From positions 1 through 61,065 of IMG/VR virus record IMGVR_UViG_3300025767_000015: 61,065 nucleotides of DNA; one strand, given 5' to 3'. The notes under the pieces are model-generated. The model made no database searches. It was not told where the DNA came from and saw only the letters and a program-made list of their open reading frames with translations. The position numbers and the translations under genes are program-made. Below are positions 25,990-40,400 of the stretch, one piece after another. Source of the DNA: a virus. Taxonomy: Duplodnaviria; Caudoviricetes. How positions within the stretch are numbered: the stretch's first letter is position 1; every line of letters starts with the position of its first letter.

Positions 25990-28900
25990 TTATCTCTTAA
26001 TCATTGCCGGAACAGCTAGTGTTGACTCAACACGTACTGCAGCATCTAAGTCTTTGTATACACCACCTAAACCAATTGTTTTAAATAATGAATTTACAAA
26101 TTTAGGTGAGTGCTTTTGTTGCCACTCTGCAGGACCAACACGTCTTGTATAGAATCCGGTAGAGTTACCTGCTAAGTAATCATAGGTTAAGTTACCTATA
26201 TTATACACCTGTTGAAGAGATGCTCCGTAAGATGAGAACGGCTGCTTATAAATACTTTGACCAGTTAAGAACAAGTTACCATACTTATTAAATGAGTATG
26301 GGTTAAATGAACTTGCTTCAATATTAGTTTGAATCAGCTGGTTGATAATATGCAACTCCATAAATGATACTGGATCAAAAGCTCTACCATCATCAGCAAC
26401 TCCTAAGAATGGAAGTGGTCCTGTAGCTGCTCTTAATTTAGACTTTGATTTCAGCTTATCATCATCTTCATCATAGTCAAATAAAAACTTAAGCATATAA
26501 TGAGCTAATAGACCCATAACTAACTGAGATGCTACATCAACACCTAAACGCTTTAATGCTGCTGTCTCAGTAGCACTACGTTTAATACCAGGACTAACAG
26601 AAGACTTGTCACCCATTGCGTAGTACATAATTAAATCTCTAGCATAATATAAAGATGTAAGGTAGTAACCTTCTTCATATACATTAAGATCAGACTGAGG
26701 ACGCTCTCTAGAAAACCTTCTCTGGAACATTGATATAAAGAACTTTCTCATAAAAGCTGCCTGCTTAAACAAGAAGTATCTGTCTGCCATTGGCTGATTG
26801 ATGTCTTTATAGTTACCCTGTAGTCTATCAAATACACCTTGGAACTTAATCTTGAAGTCATTAAAGTTATCACTATCAAGACCCCAAGACTCTTCTACAT
26901 CTTCTCTAATAGAAAGCTTACCATCTTTTAAAATCATCACATCATATAAAGATACTTTAGTACCATCTTTTAATGTAATCTTTTGAAAGTCCATCATGGC
27001 AAACAATAACTCTAAAGAAGCATTCATTTCCATTAACTTTCTTGCGGATAAAGCCCAGCTACCAGAAGCTGAATCTCTACCTAAAGTTCTGTACAATGGA
27101 TCAGCAGTCTTATCTAATTGACCATCTATATTAAATGCTTGTATAATCTGTACGTGTCTAGACTTAGTACCTCTATTATATATGCTTGCAGACAACTCAA
27201 CTGTAGCTTTAGATGCAATTGATTTACCTTTTCCAAGACTTCTAAAATTTAAAAACTGACCAGCTGCAGCTTCTATATTATTCTGTACAATAGCTGCAAA
27301 CCTGTTTTTTACAGCAGAAGAAATATTAAATGCAAAGTAACTATTAGCTGCAACTTTAGACATTGCCGTACCTACTTTCTTTACAGTATCCATTGCTTTA
27401 GGAGCAGCTCTGTCAGCAGCTGTATTAGCATAACGCTGACCTAACCAATCTCTTTCATACAAAGATCTGATTAAAGATTCTCTTACAGAGTTAGAACCTT
27501 TACCACTTGACAATACTACTGCAGCCTGATTTTTAAAACTTGTAGCAACGTTCTTCTTAATCTTATTACCACTTTCTAAAGCAGATCTAGGATCCTCTAA
27601 AACTTTAAGAAGCATTTGAGCAGTATCACTAGTATCAATAAGCATCTTATGCATGATAGTAGAGGTACCATATCTAGCAAGAGACTTAAACAAGTTTAAT
27701 GTTACAAGCTCATTATCCATCTTACTAATACCATGTAGTGGAATCTTATTAAGATCATCACCTACCAGTCCTTCATTTATTAAAAGCCTTACATCAAGAT
27801 TTAAACCTTTCTCTACATCTTGTCTTTGACCACCAGCTATACTCTGCTTGATATCTTTACCAGCTTCTTTTATTGCTGTAACTACACCTGCTCTAGTTAG
27901 ATTCTGAACTTTGTCATAGGTATCTCTTTCAAAACGTGGGACCTCATATCCTAGTTTACCTACATTAGAAACACGCTCTTGACTATCTAAATGCCATTTC
28001 TTAATTTTTTCTAAGAAGCGGAACTTAGCTGGATTAGTACGCTTTAATTCAAAGTATGCATCATTGATAAATGGATTACGTATTACAGTACCATCTTTAG
28101 CAGTTACTTCTTTTACTGAAATATTTGGTAGCCAGTCATCACTTCTAGACACAGAGACTGTTTCTCCTGGTATCTTTTCTACAGGATTAGCAAGTACTCT
28201 CTTTTTATATTTAACAGCTCTAGGAGTTCTGTAATACGTTTCTCCTGATAGCTTAGTAGATACTAGGTACTTATCCTTTGGTATCTTAACTGTCCAGATA
28301 CTGGTAGGCTCATTAACTATAGATGAGTTATATCCTCCTAATGTAGCATCATATGCAGTTTTCTTTATACCTCTATGGTTATTATTCCACCATTTAGCAA
28401 AAAGCTTATCTTGCAGTAAAGTATTAATAACACTAGTATCATTATTCATTTCTTTTATCTGATCTGAATTAATCTGTGTTCCAGCTTTTTGATCTGCTAA
28501 ATAGCCACCGCTTTTAAATAAAACATAAGCAGGGCTACTTTCCCCTTCTTCTTTTATTCTATCAAGATGTTCTTGCCAAACTTCAAAATAATATTCACTA
28601 AAAACTTTGTTTTTAAGACCTCTAACAAATTGAAGTAAAGAACCTCTTTCTGCTAATAATGCAGTAGTATCATCATTATTAACTCTGTTTTTATAAATAC
28701 TTCTAATCTCAGCTCTTTCTTCATCTGTAGCAGTACCCGCTTCTATTTTTTCATAGACCTCACTTATAAACTCATTTTGAGCTTTAGTAAGATTATTAGA
28801 TTGTATTTCTTCCTTTCTAATACTCTCTAATTCAATTTCAATAGCTTTAATTCTAGCTTGTACTTTTGGATCTAGATCAGCAGCTTCAATCTGTAAGTTG

Positions 28901-31446
28901 TTATCTCTAAAGCCACCCGTTAAATCTTGAAGTTCTTCATAAAGCTTATCCATTTTAGACATGCTCGTTGAAGCTAGCAGCTTAGATATCTCTTTTAATC
29001 TTTCATAGGCTTTGCTTTCTCGCTCCCTATACTCATCTTTTAAAGCAATCTCAGTATTATCTTCTATCCACTTTAAACGTAAATTTTTAAAGTCATCACC
29101 TTGTGGATCTAGTTCAGCCTCATATAAACTGTCTATATAACGCTCGTACTCTATTTCAAATAAACCCGGTATTTCTTCATAAGTATAAAACTCAGATACT
29201 GAACTTCTATGCTCCTTTAAAACCTTTGCAACCTCTTGTTCTTCTTTACTTTTTTTAGTACCATCTAAATTAGTTATTCTAAATAAATTTTGATAGTCTT
29301 TTAGAGCTTGCTCTTTTTCAGCAAACAAATCTGTTTCATCAACACCATTATCTAATACGCTAATTTTTGCATCAGCATATTTAATTTTTGCAATAGCCTC
29401 TTCTTTAGCAGCATAAGCTTGCTCTCCGTATTCAGCAGTATCAAAGATTTCATCAGCTTGTCTATGCTCTTTAGTTTTAGCATTGTGCATAAACTTCATA
29501 TAGAGCTTTTTCTTTGCCATTAATCTAACATACTCCTCTTCATTATTCTCTTGTACAGCTAGACTTAATTCTTCATTTATCTGCTTCCAAAACCACTTAT
29601 AATCTTTGTGAGGATTTAAAAAAGTGTATACCTTATGTTCTTCTACAGACATCAAATCTTTAACCTGATCAGATTGAGGCTTAACTTCTTTAGGTCTAAA
29701 GCTTTTGTCTAAGAATACAAGGCTTTCAAAAAACTCTGATTCACTTCCTGGTTTATAACCAACTTTAACAGCTTCATCATAAAGCTCATTAATCATATCA
29801 TTTAAATATGACTGAGCTTTGTTTTCTACTTTTGAAACATTCATTAAATGCCATTTAGCAAAACTTTGTACAACAGGATCTTCACTACGCACATAAGCTT
29901 CTACAGTAGAAATAAGAGGAGCATCTCCCATTTTATTTTGAAGTCGTTTTTTAATATCCTCTCTAGTAATAAAGTAAGTTGACTTCTTTTTTTCAAGAGC
30001 TTCTATAGCACTTTTACTATTTTTAGCTCTTGCTCTTTCCATTTGTTCTTCCCATCTGCTAGCACCATTTGCCATAAGACTTTTAGAAAGATTATTGTAA
30101 ACAAAGTCTGTAGAAATCTCTAAAAGAGATGTATATACATTAGTTTTTACTTGAGTAGCTTTATTAATAATCTCATTTAAATCTACTAAAAATGCATTAT
30201 CAGAAGTAATTCCATTCTGTGTAGCTAAATTATTCATATGTTCAGCCCATATAGATAAGCTCTCTGCAATTTTACTTACAGCCATTACTCTACCTAAGTC
30301 GTCCTGCTTTAAATCTTTTTTAGTATCAATACTAAAAGTCTCTAAATTACCTACTATACGTTGAGCATCTCTAATACCTTGATAAAGTACTCCAAGGTTT
30401 ACTCTGTAAACTTTTGCAATAACATCTTCAGCTTTCATATCAGGTGTAACCTTTTGAGCTTTACCAAGATCTTGTAATAGCTGTTCTATAAGATTACGAC
30501 TCTTTTCACTTTCTTTTATAGCAGGTATAATTTCTGGGTTATCTTCTACAAACCTCTTAGAAATACGAGCAATATTTTTTAGCTCACCTATTTGAGCATT
30601 AATAGCATTAGCATCTTGTTTAGCTAAAGCTTCTCTATAGGCAACCTCATCTTGTAAAAATTGTATAACAGAATCATTTACATCTTGTACAAAAGTGTAA
30701 TCAAATGTTTCAGTCTTTATTAGTTCAGCTAACCCTGCAATACTTGTATCTGCAGACATCTTGCTGACATTTACTGATTTACCAAACAGCTTTCTAAAGA
30801 ACTGCTTTATAGCATACATTACTTTATCAATGAACGACTTGTTTTCATTAAGCTGTACTGATTCAGTAAGAGCTCTTACAATTACTTCTTTCTTTCTGGT
30901 AACCTCATCAGCTTCAGCATAGAGTTCTTCTACTACTGTAGCAATATTAGATACACCTCTTGCTTCATTATAAAGCTTCTCAAACAATGCTGGATTTTCT
31001 TCAGCAATAGCATCTACTATAGGGTGACTAAACTCATGAAAAGCTGTAGACTCATTAAACTTCCCTTTAATTAAGTAAGCAGTACCTGCATGATAAAAAC
31101 CTTTCTGACCACTATAAACCTTACCCTGCTGCTCTAATAACTCTGTAGCTTCATCTACAGTTAGAATGCTATAAGTTCTGCCTGTATTCTCACTAAGCTT
31201 CTCCAGCAAGTTAGACATCATTGCATCAGCTGTATACTTATTGTAAGATCTTAACTCATTGTTCAAGAATACAGAAGGGCCTAACTCATTAGACTCTTCA
31301 ATACTTCTTGAATCAATTTTGTTTTCTACATCAGTAATAGATCTAATAGTACCGGACTCATAGAAATCACGATATGCTTCAATTTCACCTACAGAATCTA
31401 CTAAGTTTTTCCATTCTTGCAGGGAGGTATTAGGACATGCTTTCAT
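25990..31446 (-). CDS. giant virion (ejected) protein with zincin-like HExxH domain
   Basis: 1818 aa; AFHEFSHP..KKEVIV motif; helical; adjacent to the virion RNAP as in crAss-like phages. Confidence 0.75.
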   Translation of the reverse strand: MKACPNTSLQEWKNLVDSVGEIEAYRDFYESGTIRSITDVENKIDSRSIEESNELGPSVFLNNELRSYNKYTADAMMSNLLEKLSENTGRTYSILTVDEATELLEQQGKVYSGQKGFYHAGTAYLIKGKFNESTAFHEFSHPIVDAIAEENPALFEKLYNEARGVSNIATVVEELYAEADEVTRKKEVIVRALTESVQLNENKSFIDKVMYAIKQFFRKLFGKSVNVSKMSADTSIAGLAELIKTETFDYTFVQDVNDSVIQFLQDEVAYREALAKQDANAINAQIGELKNIARISKRFVEDNPEIIPAIKESEKSRNLIEQLLQDLGKAQKVTPDMKAEDVIAKVYRVNLGVLYQGIRDAQRIVGNLETFSIDTKKDLKQDDLGRVMAVSKIAESLSIWAEHMNNLATQNGITSDNAFLVDLNEIINKATQVKTNVYTSLLEISTDFVYNNLSKSLMANGASRWEEQMERARAKNSKSAIEALEKKKSTYFITREDIKKRLQNKMGDAPLISTVEAYVRSEDPVVQSFAKWHLMNVSKVENKAQSYLNDMINELYDEAVKVGYKPGSESEFFESLVFLDKSFRPKEVKPQSDQVKDLMSVEEHKVYTFLNPHKDYKWFWKQINEELSLAVQENNEEEYVRLMAKKKLYMKFMHNAKTKEHRQADEIFDTAEYGEQAYAAKEEAIAKIKYADAKISVLDNGVDETDLFAEKEQALKDYQNLFRITNLDGTKKSKEEQEVAKVLKEHRSSVSEFYTYEEIPGLFEIEYERYIDSLYEAELDPQGDDFKNLRLKWIEDNTEIALKDEYRERESKAYERLKEISKLLASTSMSKMDKLYEELQDLTGGFRDNNLQIEAADLDPKVQARIKAIEIELESIRKEEIQSNNLTKAQNEFISEVYEKIEAGTATDEERAEIRSIYKNRVNNDDTTALLAERGSLLQFVRGLKNKVFSEYYFEVWQEHLDRIKEEGESSPAYVLFKSGGYLADQKAGTQINSDQIKEMNNDTSVINTLLQDKLFAKWWNNNHRGIKKTAYDATLGGYNSSIVNEPTSIWTVKIPKDKYLVSTKLSGETYYRTPRAVKYKKRVLANPVEKIPGETVSVSRSDDWLPNISVKEVTAKDGTVIRNPFINDAYFELKRTNPAKFRFLEKIKKWHLDSQERVSNVGKLGYEVPRFERDTYDKVQNLTRAGVVTAIKEAGKDIKQSIAGGQRQDVEKGLNLDVRLLINEGLVGDDLNKIPLHGISKMDNELVTLNLFKSLARYGTSTIMHKMLIDTSDTAQMLLKVLEDPRSALESGNKIKKNVATSFKNQAAVVLSSGKGSNSVRESLIRSLYERDWLGQRYANTAADRAAPKAMDTVKKVGTAMSKVAANSYFAFNISSAVKNRFAAIVQNNIEAAAGQFLNFRSLGKGKSIASKATVELSASIYNRGTKSRHVQIIQAFNIDGQLDKTADPLYRTLGRDSASGSWALSARKLMEMNASLELLFAMMDFQKITLKDGTKVSLYDVMILKDGKLSIREDVEESWGLDSDNFNDFKIKFQGVFDRLQGNYKDINQPMADRYFLFKQAAFMRKFFISMFQRRFSRERPQSDLNVYEEGYYLTSLYYARDLIMYYAMGDKSSVSPGIKRSATETAALKRLGVDVASQLVMGLLAHYMLKFLFDYDEDDDKLKSKSKLRAATGPLPFLGVADDGRAFDPVSFMELHIINQLIQTNIEASSFNPYSFNKYGNLFLTGQSIYKQPFSSYGASLQQVYNIGNLTYDYLAGNSTGFYTRRVGPAEWQQKHSPKFVNSLFKTIGLGGVYKDLDAAVRVESTLAVPAMIKR

Positions 31447-31448
31447 AC

Positions 31449-34400
31449 TTAAGCTATATTACATTTTTTGATTGCATCTAAAACTTCCTCATCAGTGAGT
31501 ATAGTATTTTCTAATGCTTCTTCTTTAACTGCTAAATCAGATTTAGAACCCATTTCTATACCGTAGTCTCTGTGAACTTTAGGTGTAGCTGTAGGATCTA
31601 ATTCTACTATCTCACCAGACTTAGAAAACTTAATAACTAAACTAAGTGATTCTTCCGGATTAACCATAACTGTAGCAACATATCTAGAGTTCTCATCTGT
31701 AGTCACAGCTCCTGATAAATCATAAGTAAGATCTCCTATAGTAACTTTTGTTTTGCTTTTTGCACCTGGTTCTACTTCTCTTTGAACACCCAGGTAAGTT
31801 CTGGTTTCTTGAATTCTTTTAAACTTTGATAAGAAATCTTGAGCTATTAATTTCTTTTGTGAATCAGACATTTTAGTAAATGAACTTAATGCATTACTAG
31901 CACTAACAGCTAAGTCTCTGTCTAAAAGATAAGGCATTAAAGAACCTTCATAAGATTCAAAGTTATCTTGTATAGCTATTCTTTCTGACAATAATCTAAA
32001 GAACACTGCAGTTGCACCACCCCCTTGAGATAACTTACGGAGGTCTTCTTTATATTCAGCAACGTCTTCTATAGTGTAAGACATTCTTAGCCCAACAGCT
32101 GAGCCTTCAGTATAAACTCTGATCTTTTCTATTAAGTCACTATCTGCAGTAGATGTTGCTTCTTCTTTTACAGAATTAAATAAGGCTGCAATATTATAAT
32201 TACTATTAGCATTAAATAAAACATCTATAGACTTACTGCGTATTAAAGATCTATGGGTCACTTCTTCATCTGTGCTTTCTGGTCTACTACCTTTAATAAT
32301 AGCCTTTTGCATTTCATGAATAATAAAGTCACCTTGAAATCTAAAAGTAACTCCATTTTCTTTTTCATATGATTTAAAACTACTTTTCTTTTGGTCAAAA
32401 AACTTTTGCTCTAGTAATGCTGAGTTTATAAGTAGCGTATTAGAATCCTCAACAAAAACAACAGGAGTATCTATTTTACCAGTAAATTCTATATTGCTAT
32501 TATAAAATAGTTTTGATTTACCAGACTTAAGATCTTCAAACGTAGTAGTGTTTTGATTTTGATATAAATAAGATTTAAAATGACTATTCAACTTATTAAA
32601 TAAAGCAGAACGATTTTTCTTGCTCATATACATAAGCTGCTCTTTACCAAAAGTCTGATAATTTTCTGTAAATGAACTGTAATCAAAAGCACTTACAGGG
32701 AACCAGTCTTTAAGCATTGACACCATGTTTCTATTTATTCTTTCATAAATACCTTGAACAGAAGTATCAGATATAATAGCAGCTAGTGGACCTGTAAAAT
32801 CACTAAGATTGTCTAGCCCTTTAACAGTTTGAATTGAATCTTGAATACTAGCAGCTTTAACCGTATCTACCTTTGTAGCTTTAAGTAAACTATTAATCTG
32901 ATCAAGCATTGGTTTAGCTTGTAAATACATAGCGTATGCTAGCTCTCCATCTTTATCATTTAACAACTCTTCTGTAGTAGGAGCTGTATTACTCTGATTT
33001 AATATTGTTTTAGTCCACCTGTGAGCCCATACCCAATTTATATCTTCACGGAAGTTTATTTCTTTTAAAACTTGAAGTTCTGGTGAACTCATTCCTAGAA
33101 GAGGATCATCTAATAAAAATAGTGGATCTTTCTTTTCAGCCTTTAGCTCAAACAATCTCTTCATTAAAGGTGTGTTAAGCATTGCTACAGCATAGTCATA
33201 ATTAACACCAGCTGCAATCATACTTAATAAAACCGGAGTAGACTGATAGTTAGCACCAATATTAAATACCCAAGCACCTTTAGCAATATCTACAAAACCG
33301 TTAATCAATTGCTCTACAATAGAGGTCTTTAAATTCTGGCCCTCTAAATCTGTATTCTTACCTAAACCTTCTTTTGGTACAGGCAGCATTAGATCTTTTG
33401 TATTTAATTCAAATAAACCATTGTCTCTACCTTCTATTACTTTTGGTAAACTTTGATCTATTCTAGAAAGTAAGGAAATAATAACGTTGTTAGCAGCTAC
33501 AATACCTAGAGTACGCTTACCTACAGAGTTTTCTTTTAACTTTCTAACATTAAAGTTGTAATCTAAAGCAGTACCTACAGTAGCTTCATCAGCTGTAGCA
33601 GCTTTATTACGACCTGCTAGTGTATTGTAAGACTTAGAATTCTCTCTTACTTGGTTAACATCATTAGGTTTAATTAAGTTAAGGTAGTTAGATTTATCTA
33701 GTACTATGTCTGTAATAGACTGAATCATATCATTCTGAGCACCACCTTGACCTTGCTTATCTAAGCTTACTACATATTTAATTTCAGGAACTAAATTCTC
33801 TGCCATTAGTATATCAAGTATAGCCATGTCTTGACTATCTAACGTATATACCGTTTCACCTTCATACTCACTGTCAATACTTTTTTTCTCATTATCTTTA
33901 ATAAAGTCTATGACGGTATCAACAGTGTAAGAATTAATACCCGCTGCAGGATACTTTTTACTAAGCTTCTCTATTTGAGTAGGGCTTAAGTAACCTAAAT
34001 TTCTTTTAGAGATTCTATCTGTTTTCTGTGGTACAGTTGCTTTAACATTAATACGCGGATAGAACAAAGTAAGCTTATCAACGTCAAAATCACCACCTGA
34101 TTTAACTGGTAACTCTGATGGTACTACAATAGCAGAACCATTTGCAGGATCTAAAAATTCAACAATCTCTAGAACCTCCATAGAGTTATGACCCTGTACT
34201 GGAATACGTACACCAGTAATAGTAATCATTCTACGGTTGTTACCTTTACTTAACCAAGCTTCATCTTTAATTGCTTCGTTAAGTCTGGCCAAAGTCTTAA
34301 TAGGTTTACCTTTATAACTCATTGCTAGCAGCTTTACAAAATCTCCTTGTAATGCTATTTTAGCTTGAGCAGCTATAATCTTTTGGCTACCAGACTGATA

Positions 34401-37400
34401 CGTATAGAATCGTAAATCATTAGAATATCCTATAGACGGAGCATCTAAGTTTTCCATAAAAGCAGAAGATACTTGTACAAGTGCTTCACCTTTAAGTTTA
34501 GTTCTAACAAGTCTCTTGTTAAAGATATTGATAATAATAGTTTCTATTCTATCAGCATTAGGTAGAGCATTAATGTTACCACCATTCTGCAATAAAACAT
34601 CTACTGCTTCAATTTCTTCTTCACTAGCATCTCTTTTATTTAGATCTCTTTTAACACGCTCTACTACTTTTCTAATACTTTCTGGATTCCTTTCAGCAAA
34701 TACATCCTCAAGCTTCTTTAACTCTAGATTTAAGTAGTTAGCCATGCTATCTAAGTATCTTTCATAAGCTTCAGCTGCAACCTCTTTACCAGGAATTATT
34801 TGCCCATTCTCATAGATGCCAACAGGTAATAAGTTTCTTAACTGACTTGATGCTGTAGCTTTACTTTTAAATGTATCCTTTACAAGAGTTACATCTTTAA
34901 GATAATTAAAGTGTATAACATTAATATTGCTAGCAAAATCTGTAGCTATTTGACCCTCATCCTTTAATTTTCTAATAGATTGACCTTGATCATTAGTTTC
35001 AAATTCATAAGGTTGTACTTTTTCATGTACATTGTTAACCTTACTACCAGACTCAAATACTACATAGTCTACTTTTGACTTGACCATAGCATCATGAATA
35101 ACATCTGCGGCCTTTTTAGGTTGTCCTTTAGGTGTAGGTATGATAGGCTTAAGAGAGTACTTGTGAAGAGCTGTAGCGTGTGCTTTTTTACCAGCTATTT
35201 CTGCATTAAGAATAGGACCATAGTACTGATACTTTCTTACTGCAAAAAACTTTTTAGCTGCAATAGCATCTTCTATGGTAATCTCACCACCTTCAGCCGC
35301 AGCTTTTACAATCTTTAAATATAATGGTTCATGATTTTTCCAGTCCCAAGATTGTGATGCTATAGCTAACTGTCTATAAGAATCTAATGTTATAAATGCC
35401 TGAGCATCTGCTTCATTATAGTTATTCTTATAGTCATCTATCAATGCTTGAATCTTTTCTTTAGGTACATTGTTTTCTTCACCATACTTTATAAGAGTTT
35501 CTACAAAACTTGAAGAAAGAACACTGCTATCTTTAGAAACATTATTATCTAGATCAGTAAGAATAACAGTATTACCTGTACCATCATACTGTTTTGTTTC
35601 AGATTTCTTTAAACCTAAAACCTGTTCTGCATATTGATTACCTTGAGAATTAATAAACTCTTGAATGCTTTCACCAGTATCAAATAGTTTACCTGTAGAT
35701 GTTACGGCATAACGTTTAGTAAAATCATTAGCATCTTTAAACTGAGCTAAATCTCCTACAAATAGAGCAGCAATTTCTGAATTGATTAACCAGTTGTTAA
35801 TCATCATATTTCTAATAACTATCTCTACGTTTTCTCTTTGACTTAATTCAAGATCAGGTGCTACATCTTCATTAATAAGATTACTAATCTTATCGTAGTT
35901 TACTTCATTTAATAAAGCATCTACCTTTCCTTGAAAATATGCCTCTAAAGTATTTGCAAAAGCGTTTTCATTTTCTTTATACCAATCCTCAAAATTCTGA
36001 CCTTCTTCTATAAGTGCAGTTACTACCTGATCTTTAGATAGTAAACCTTCCACTTCATTAGAAAATATAGAGCTGAATAAACCAAGCTCTTTCCCTACTC
36101 TTTGAATATTAGTGTCTGCATCTTTATTGTTAAGAGCATTTTTAATATCTGCTTTTAACTTAGCTTTAAAAAATGATAAAGCAGGTTGAATGCTTTTTCT
36201 AGATGCTTTTATAAATAGTCCTTTTTTAGCACCTATTGCACCTGGTATTGTACCGTTTACATTAAGCATGTAAGATGTGCTCTTATCAGAAGCTCTAAAT
36301 TGTTCTGAGTAACCACTCAAAAACATAGAATGTAAATCTGATATAATCTTACTTGATGTAGTAAGGTTGGCATTTTTCTGAGCAGTTCTTTCTGTAAACA
36401 CTCCTAATGCACTTTGAATAACAAGCTCTACAGCTCTAGACTTAGGTCTAGCTCCATTAGGAAACATTGCCTTCATCCAAAAAGATGCTTCAACATAAGG
36501 ATTTGTTTTAGGATCTAAGTGAGATAAGGCTTTATTACTTTCAATCTCATCTTTAGTTTGCAATTGATTAATTGCTTTTACTACTTGAGATTGAGTACTA
36601 TTTAAACTTAAGTCATATACGTTCTTACCATCGGCTGCAATTTTTCTAGATATTGACATACCTGGAGTAAGACCTAATACGTAATTAAGTAAACTATTAA
36701 TAGTACCATATTGACCGCTATACTCTATACCCTTAGTTTTATTCTTTCTAGCCTTTCCTAATGTTTTAACAGGTTCTGTAATCTTTGTGGCTCCTTTCCC
36801 TAGTATAGGAATTAAGTTATCTTTTACATCAGCATAAAGAAGCTGAAAATTTGATACTACTTCAGGTCTACTTAAATAAGCATCTAACTCTAAAGTGTAC
36901 TGTAATGGTATACCTAAGTCTTGTATAAAAGCAAACAGTTTACCAGAACGCAATAAGTCTTCTTTTTCATACTTGCTAAGTACTTCCTTATAGTTAACAC
37001 CATTTGGGTTATCATTAGCAAAACGACCTTGAAGCTGCTTTTTAATTCTTGATGTATCTCCTTCTGGATTTTTAATAACAACCTTAACTGTACCGGCATC
37101 ATCAGTAGCAAACGTTTGCTTGTTAGCAATAAATGCTAAGTTAAAGGCTTGCCACAATTTACCACTAAGCAGTTGCTTAATAGGGTCACTACTATTAATA
37201 GCACCTATCTGATCTAGTATATGTTCATATACATTGTTATATCTGCGACCTGAATCTTTACGTTTTGTATTTTCTTCTCTTAATGCTGTAAGCTTATCAA
37301 AAAGTTCTTCTCTTGTAAACACATTAGCTAGACCTGTCTGTACATCATTATATACTTTACCGAAGCTGTAAATCTTTGGAAATCCAAATCTATCTCTAAC

Positions 37401-40400
37401 CACTTGACCATCTGCTGTTCTTTCAGGAACTGTAGATAAAAGCAATTTAACACGCTTATCCATTAGCTCTAACTGTGAAAACTCATTACCAGATTTATCA
37501 TAAGCCTCAAGAAGATCATCTAAAGTTTCTGCATCATCTAACTCAGAAGCTTCATCAGCATTTTCAATAGTCTGAGAAAATACAGACATTAATTCAGAAT
37601 TCTGTAAATGATAAGAGACAGTGCTAAAGCGTGACCCTGCTTGTTTAGTTTCTGAAACAGACCCATAACTTTCTATAGCATCTTCAAGAATGTTAATACT
37701 TTCTTGAAGCTCTAGCTGTTTAACTTGATCTTTTTCAGCTAATGTTAATTCATCTAGCTGTAATTCTAAATCAATCTTAGCAAGCTCTAAATTATCTTTT
37801 ACTTCTTCATATAGAAGCTCTATGTTGTTTAGATCTTCAAACAGTACATTAACATCAGCATCCATCTTTTCCATTATAGAAACTATAGCACTATCCATTG
37901 ATTCTTTTACAAACCTTGAATTAGCAGATGAAATAGTAGTACCGTCTTTTAACTCTATACCTTTATTTAAAGTAATAAGCATAGCATTGTCCCATTCAGC
38001 ACCACGCTCTTGTACTATATTACCAGACTTAAGGTTCTCATACATTTCTGTTACCGCATCATAAGCTTGAGTACGTTCTAAACCTTTAATGATAAACGAT
38101 CTGTTACCAAAGAGAGCCTTAAGCATCTCTAGTATCTTTTTAAAGATAGAGTTAATAGCTTTTGATTTACCTAACACACGTTTACCATCTGATAACATGT
38201 ACTTACGGAAATCTTCAGCAAGCTCCTCTTCAATTTCTAAGAAAGTTTTCTTACCTAATATCTTAGACGCTTCATTATATAAGCTTACCTTTTCTTCTTT
38301 AGTAAGTACTAGTTGTGAAAACCCGTGCCATGCTTCATGATATGCATCAGTAAAGTTAGACCCAGCATAAAGAGTAATACCATTACTACCCCAGGTTGCT
38401 AAAGCTCCTGAGTTAGCAATACCAAACGCTCTGTTAAGAGGAACAAACTTAGATAAAGGATGAGTAGACCACCATTCCTCTGCGGCCTTAATTTCTTCTG
38501 CAGTAGCAGCATTACTTAAGCTATCTAACTTATTTAATAAGTCTCCTCTTGAAATGCGTCTTTCAGATCTTTCTTGTATTTCTGCACGCTTAGCTCTTAA
38601 CTTTTCTATTCTAGCTTGCTTTTCTTTTTTCTGCTTATCTGTAAGAGATTGTTGAGGAGCTTCTGTCTTTTTAGTCTGACCAAAGCCTAGCATCAATTGA
38701 GTACTATCTTCTTTAGCCTGTTTAACTTTTGCTTTAGTAACCTGTCTAACTGCAGAAAAGTCTCTAGCATATTGTATATCAGCATGAGCTGTTTGCAATC
38801 CCTGACCACCTTTAGAATTAAAGTACGTAGCAGCATTTAATCTATAATACTTGCGTATAAACTCCTCTCTTGATATAGATTGAAATTCTATAGAATCATT
38901 TACTACTTTAGGTATCGTAATATTATCTAATGTAATAACGTTATTTAGAAAGATCTTAGAAATAATATCTGAAACCTCTGCTTCAGTTAACTCATCTACA
39001 AATTTATTTTTACGGCTAAAAAATAATCTACCGTCTTTAATGCTGACATGAGGAGCATTTTCTGATTGCAACCAACCATTCAAAGCATCTACTACAAGTT
39101 CAGGATCTAGAGCACTGCTAACTAACTTAACAGTGTCAGTGAAAAGAGTGTCTCCTTCTATCTTATTAGATATAAAGCCTATTGCATTAGATTCAACTAA
39201 AGCTAAATAATCATAACCATCAATGTCTAAGAACATTCTTGACATCATGATAGGATTACCTTTAGCATCTACACCAGGAACTTCTTTTACAACTCCATCT
39301 TCATCAGTAACCCTTTTAACAATCTGCTCATCTTTAATTACAATTTTATTAATTGATAAAGGACCTGATTGATTTTCTAAATAAGCAATCTGTTGTTTAT
39401 TAACCCCATCTCCAGCATATCCTAAATATCCTCCAGTAATCTGTAAAGTATACTCTGTACTAGGATCATTCATTATAGTAGAGTAAACATCAGCATGCAA
39501 AAGAGCAGCTTCCTCACTTGCTTTTTGAACCTTACTAGGTCTTCTAAACCAAGAGTGAGCTAAATAATCACCGCCTTCAGTTACTTCACCTTCTGAATTT
39601 ATTCTGACAGGCTTTCCTGTTTGTTTATCTATGTATAGAATTACAACTGCTGTAGAATATAGATCTGCTCCGTTTTCAGGCTTTACCTTATCTTTTTCAG
39701 ATATAGTACTACCATGTACTAAACGTAACTCATACTTGGAATTACTTATAGATACTTTTTGACGTGCTTGTCCAGGAGATAATGAAGACTTGTTAGGCAC
39801 TTCTTCCCTAACAATACCTCTTCTAAACTGACCATTAGCTTTTACAATAGGATCATCTATGTATTGACCCGCAGTTCCTTTAGCCGTAGATACTGGAGAA
39901 AAGCTGCTTTCTTTATTTGCAGTAGTGTCTGGATCTAAACTACTACTAACCTCATAATTTTGAGGTGCTTGCTCTTCTCTTTTTCCTTTATTATTTTGTT
40001 CTTCTTGCTGACGCTTTTGTGCTTCTTTGGCTCTTCTCTTTTTTTCTTCTTCAGATACAAATTCTTCACCAGTCTTTGTAACTCCTAGATATTCAATAAG
40101 TTTCTCAGCACTGTTTTTTCCGTCAAGTAATTCTTCTAAATCCGCTATTTCTGCAATGCTAGGTTTTAAAAGCTTTTTAAATCTTTTACTAGTAAATGCA
40201 ATTGTTAAAAGCTGAGGAAAACTTTTAACAAACGTAAAAGCCTTTTCAGGTGTCATCAACAGAGTACCGTCTTTTGTTTGAATAGATAATAAATCCTTAT
40301 ATGAAGCTTTCATAAAAGGCTTCAAAGAAAAGTTTACATCCTTATCAAGATAAACTTCAGTCAATTTTTTATTAGTGTAATTGACTGCCTGTGTTACATT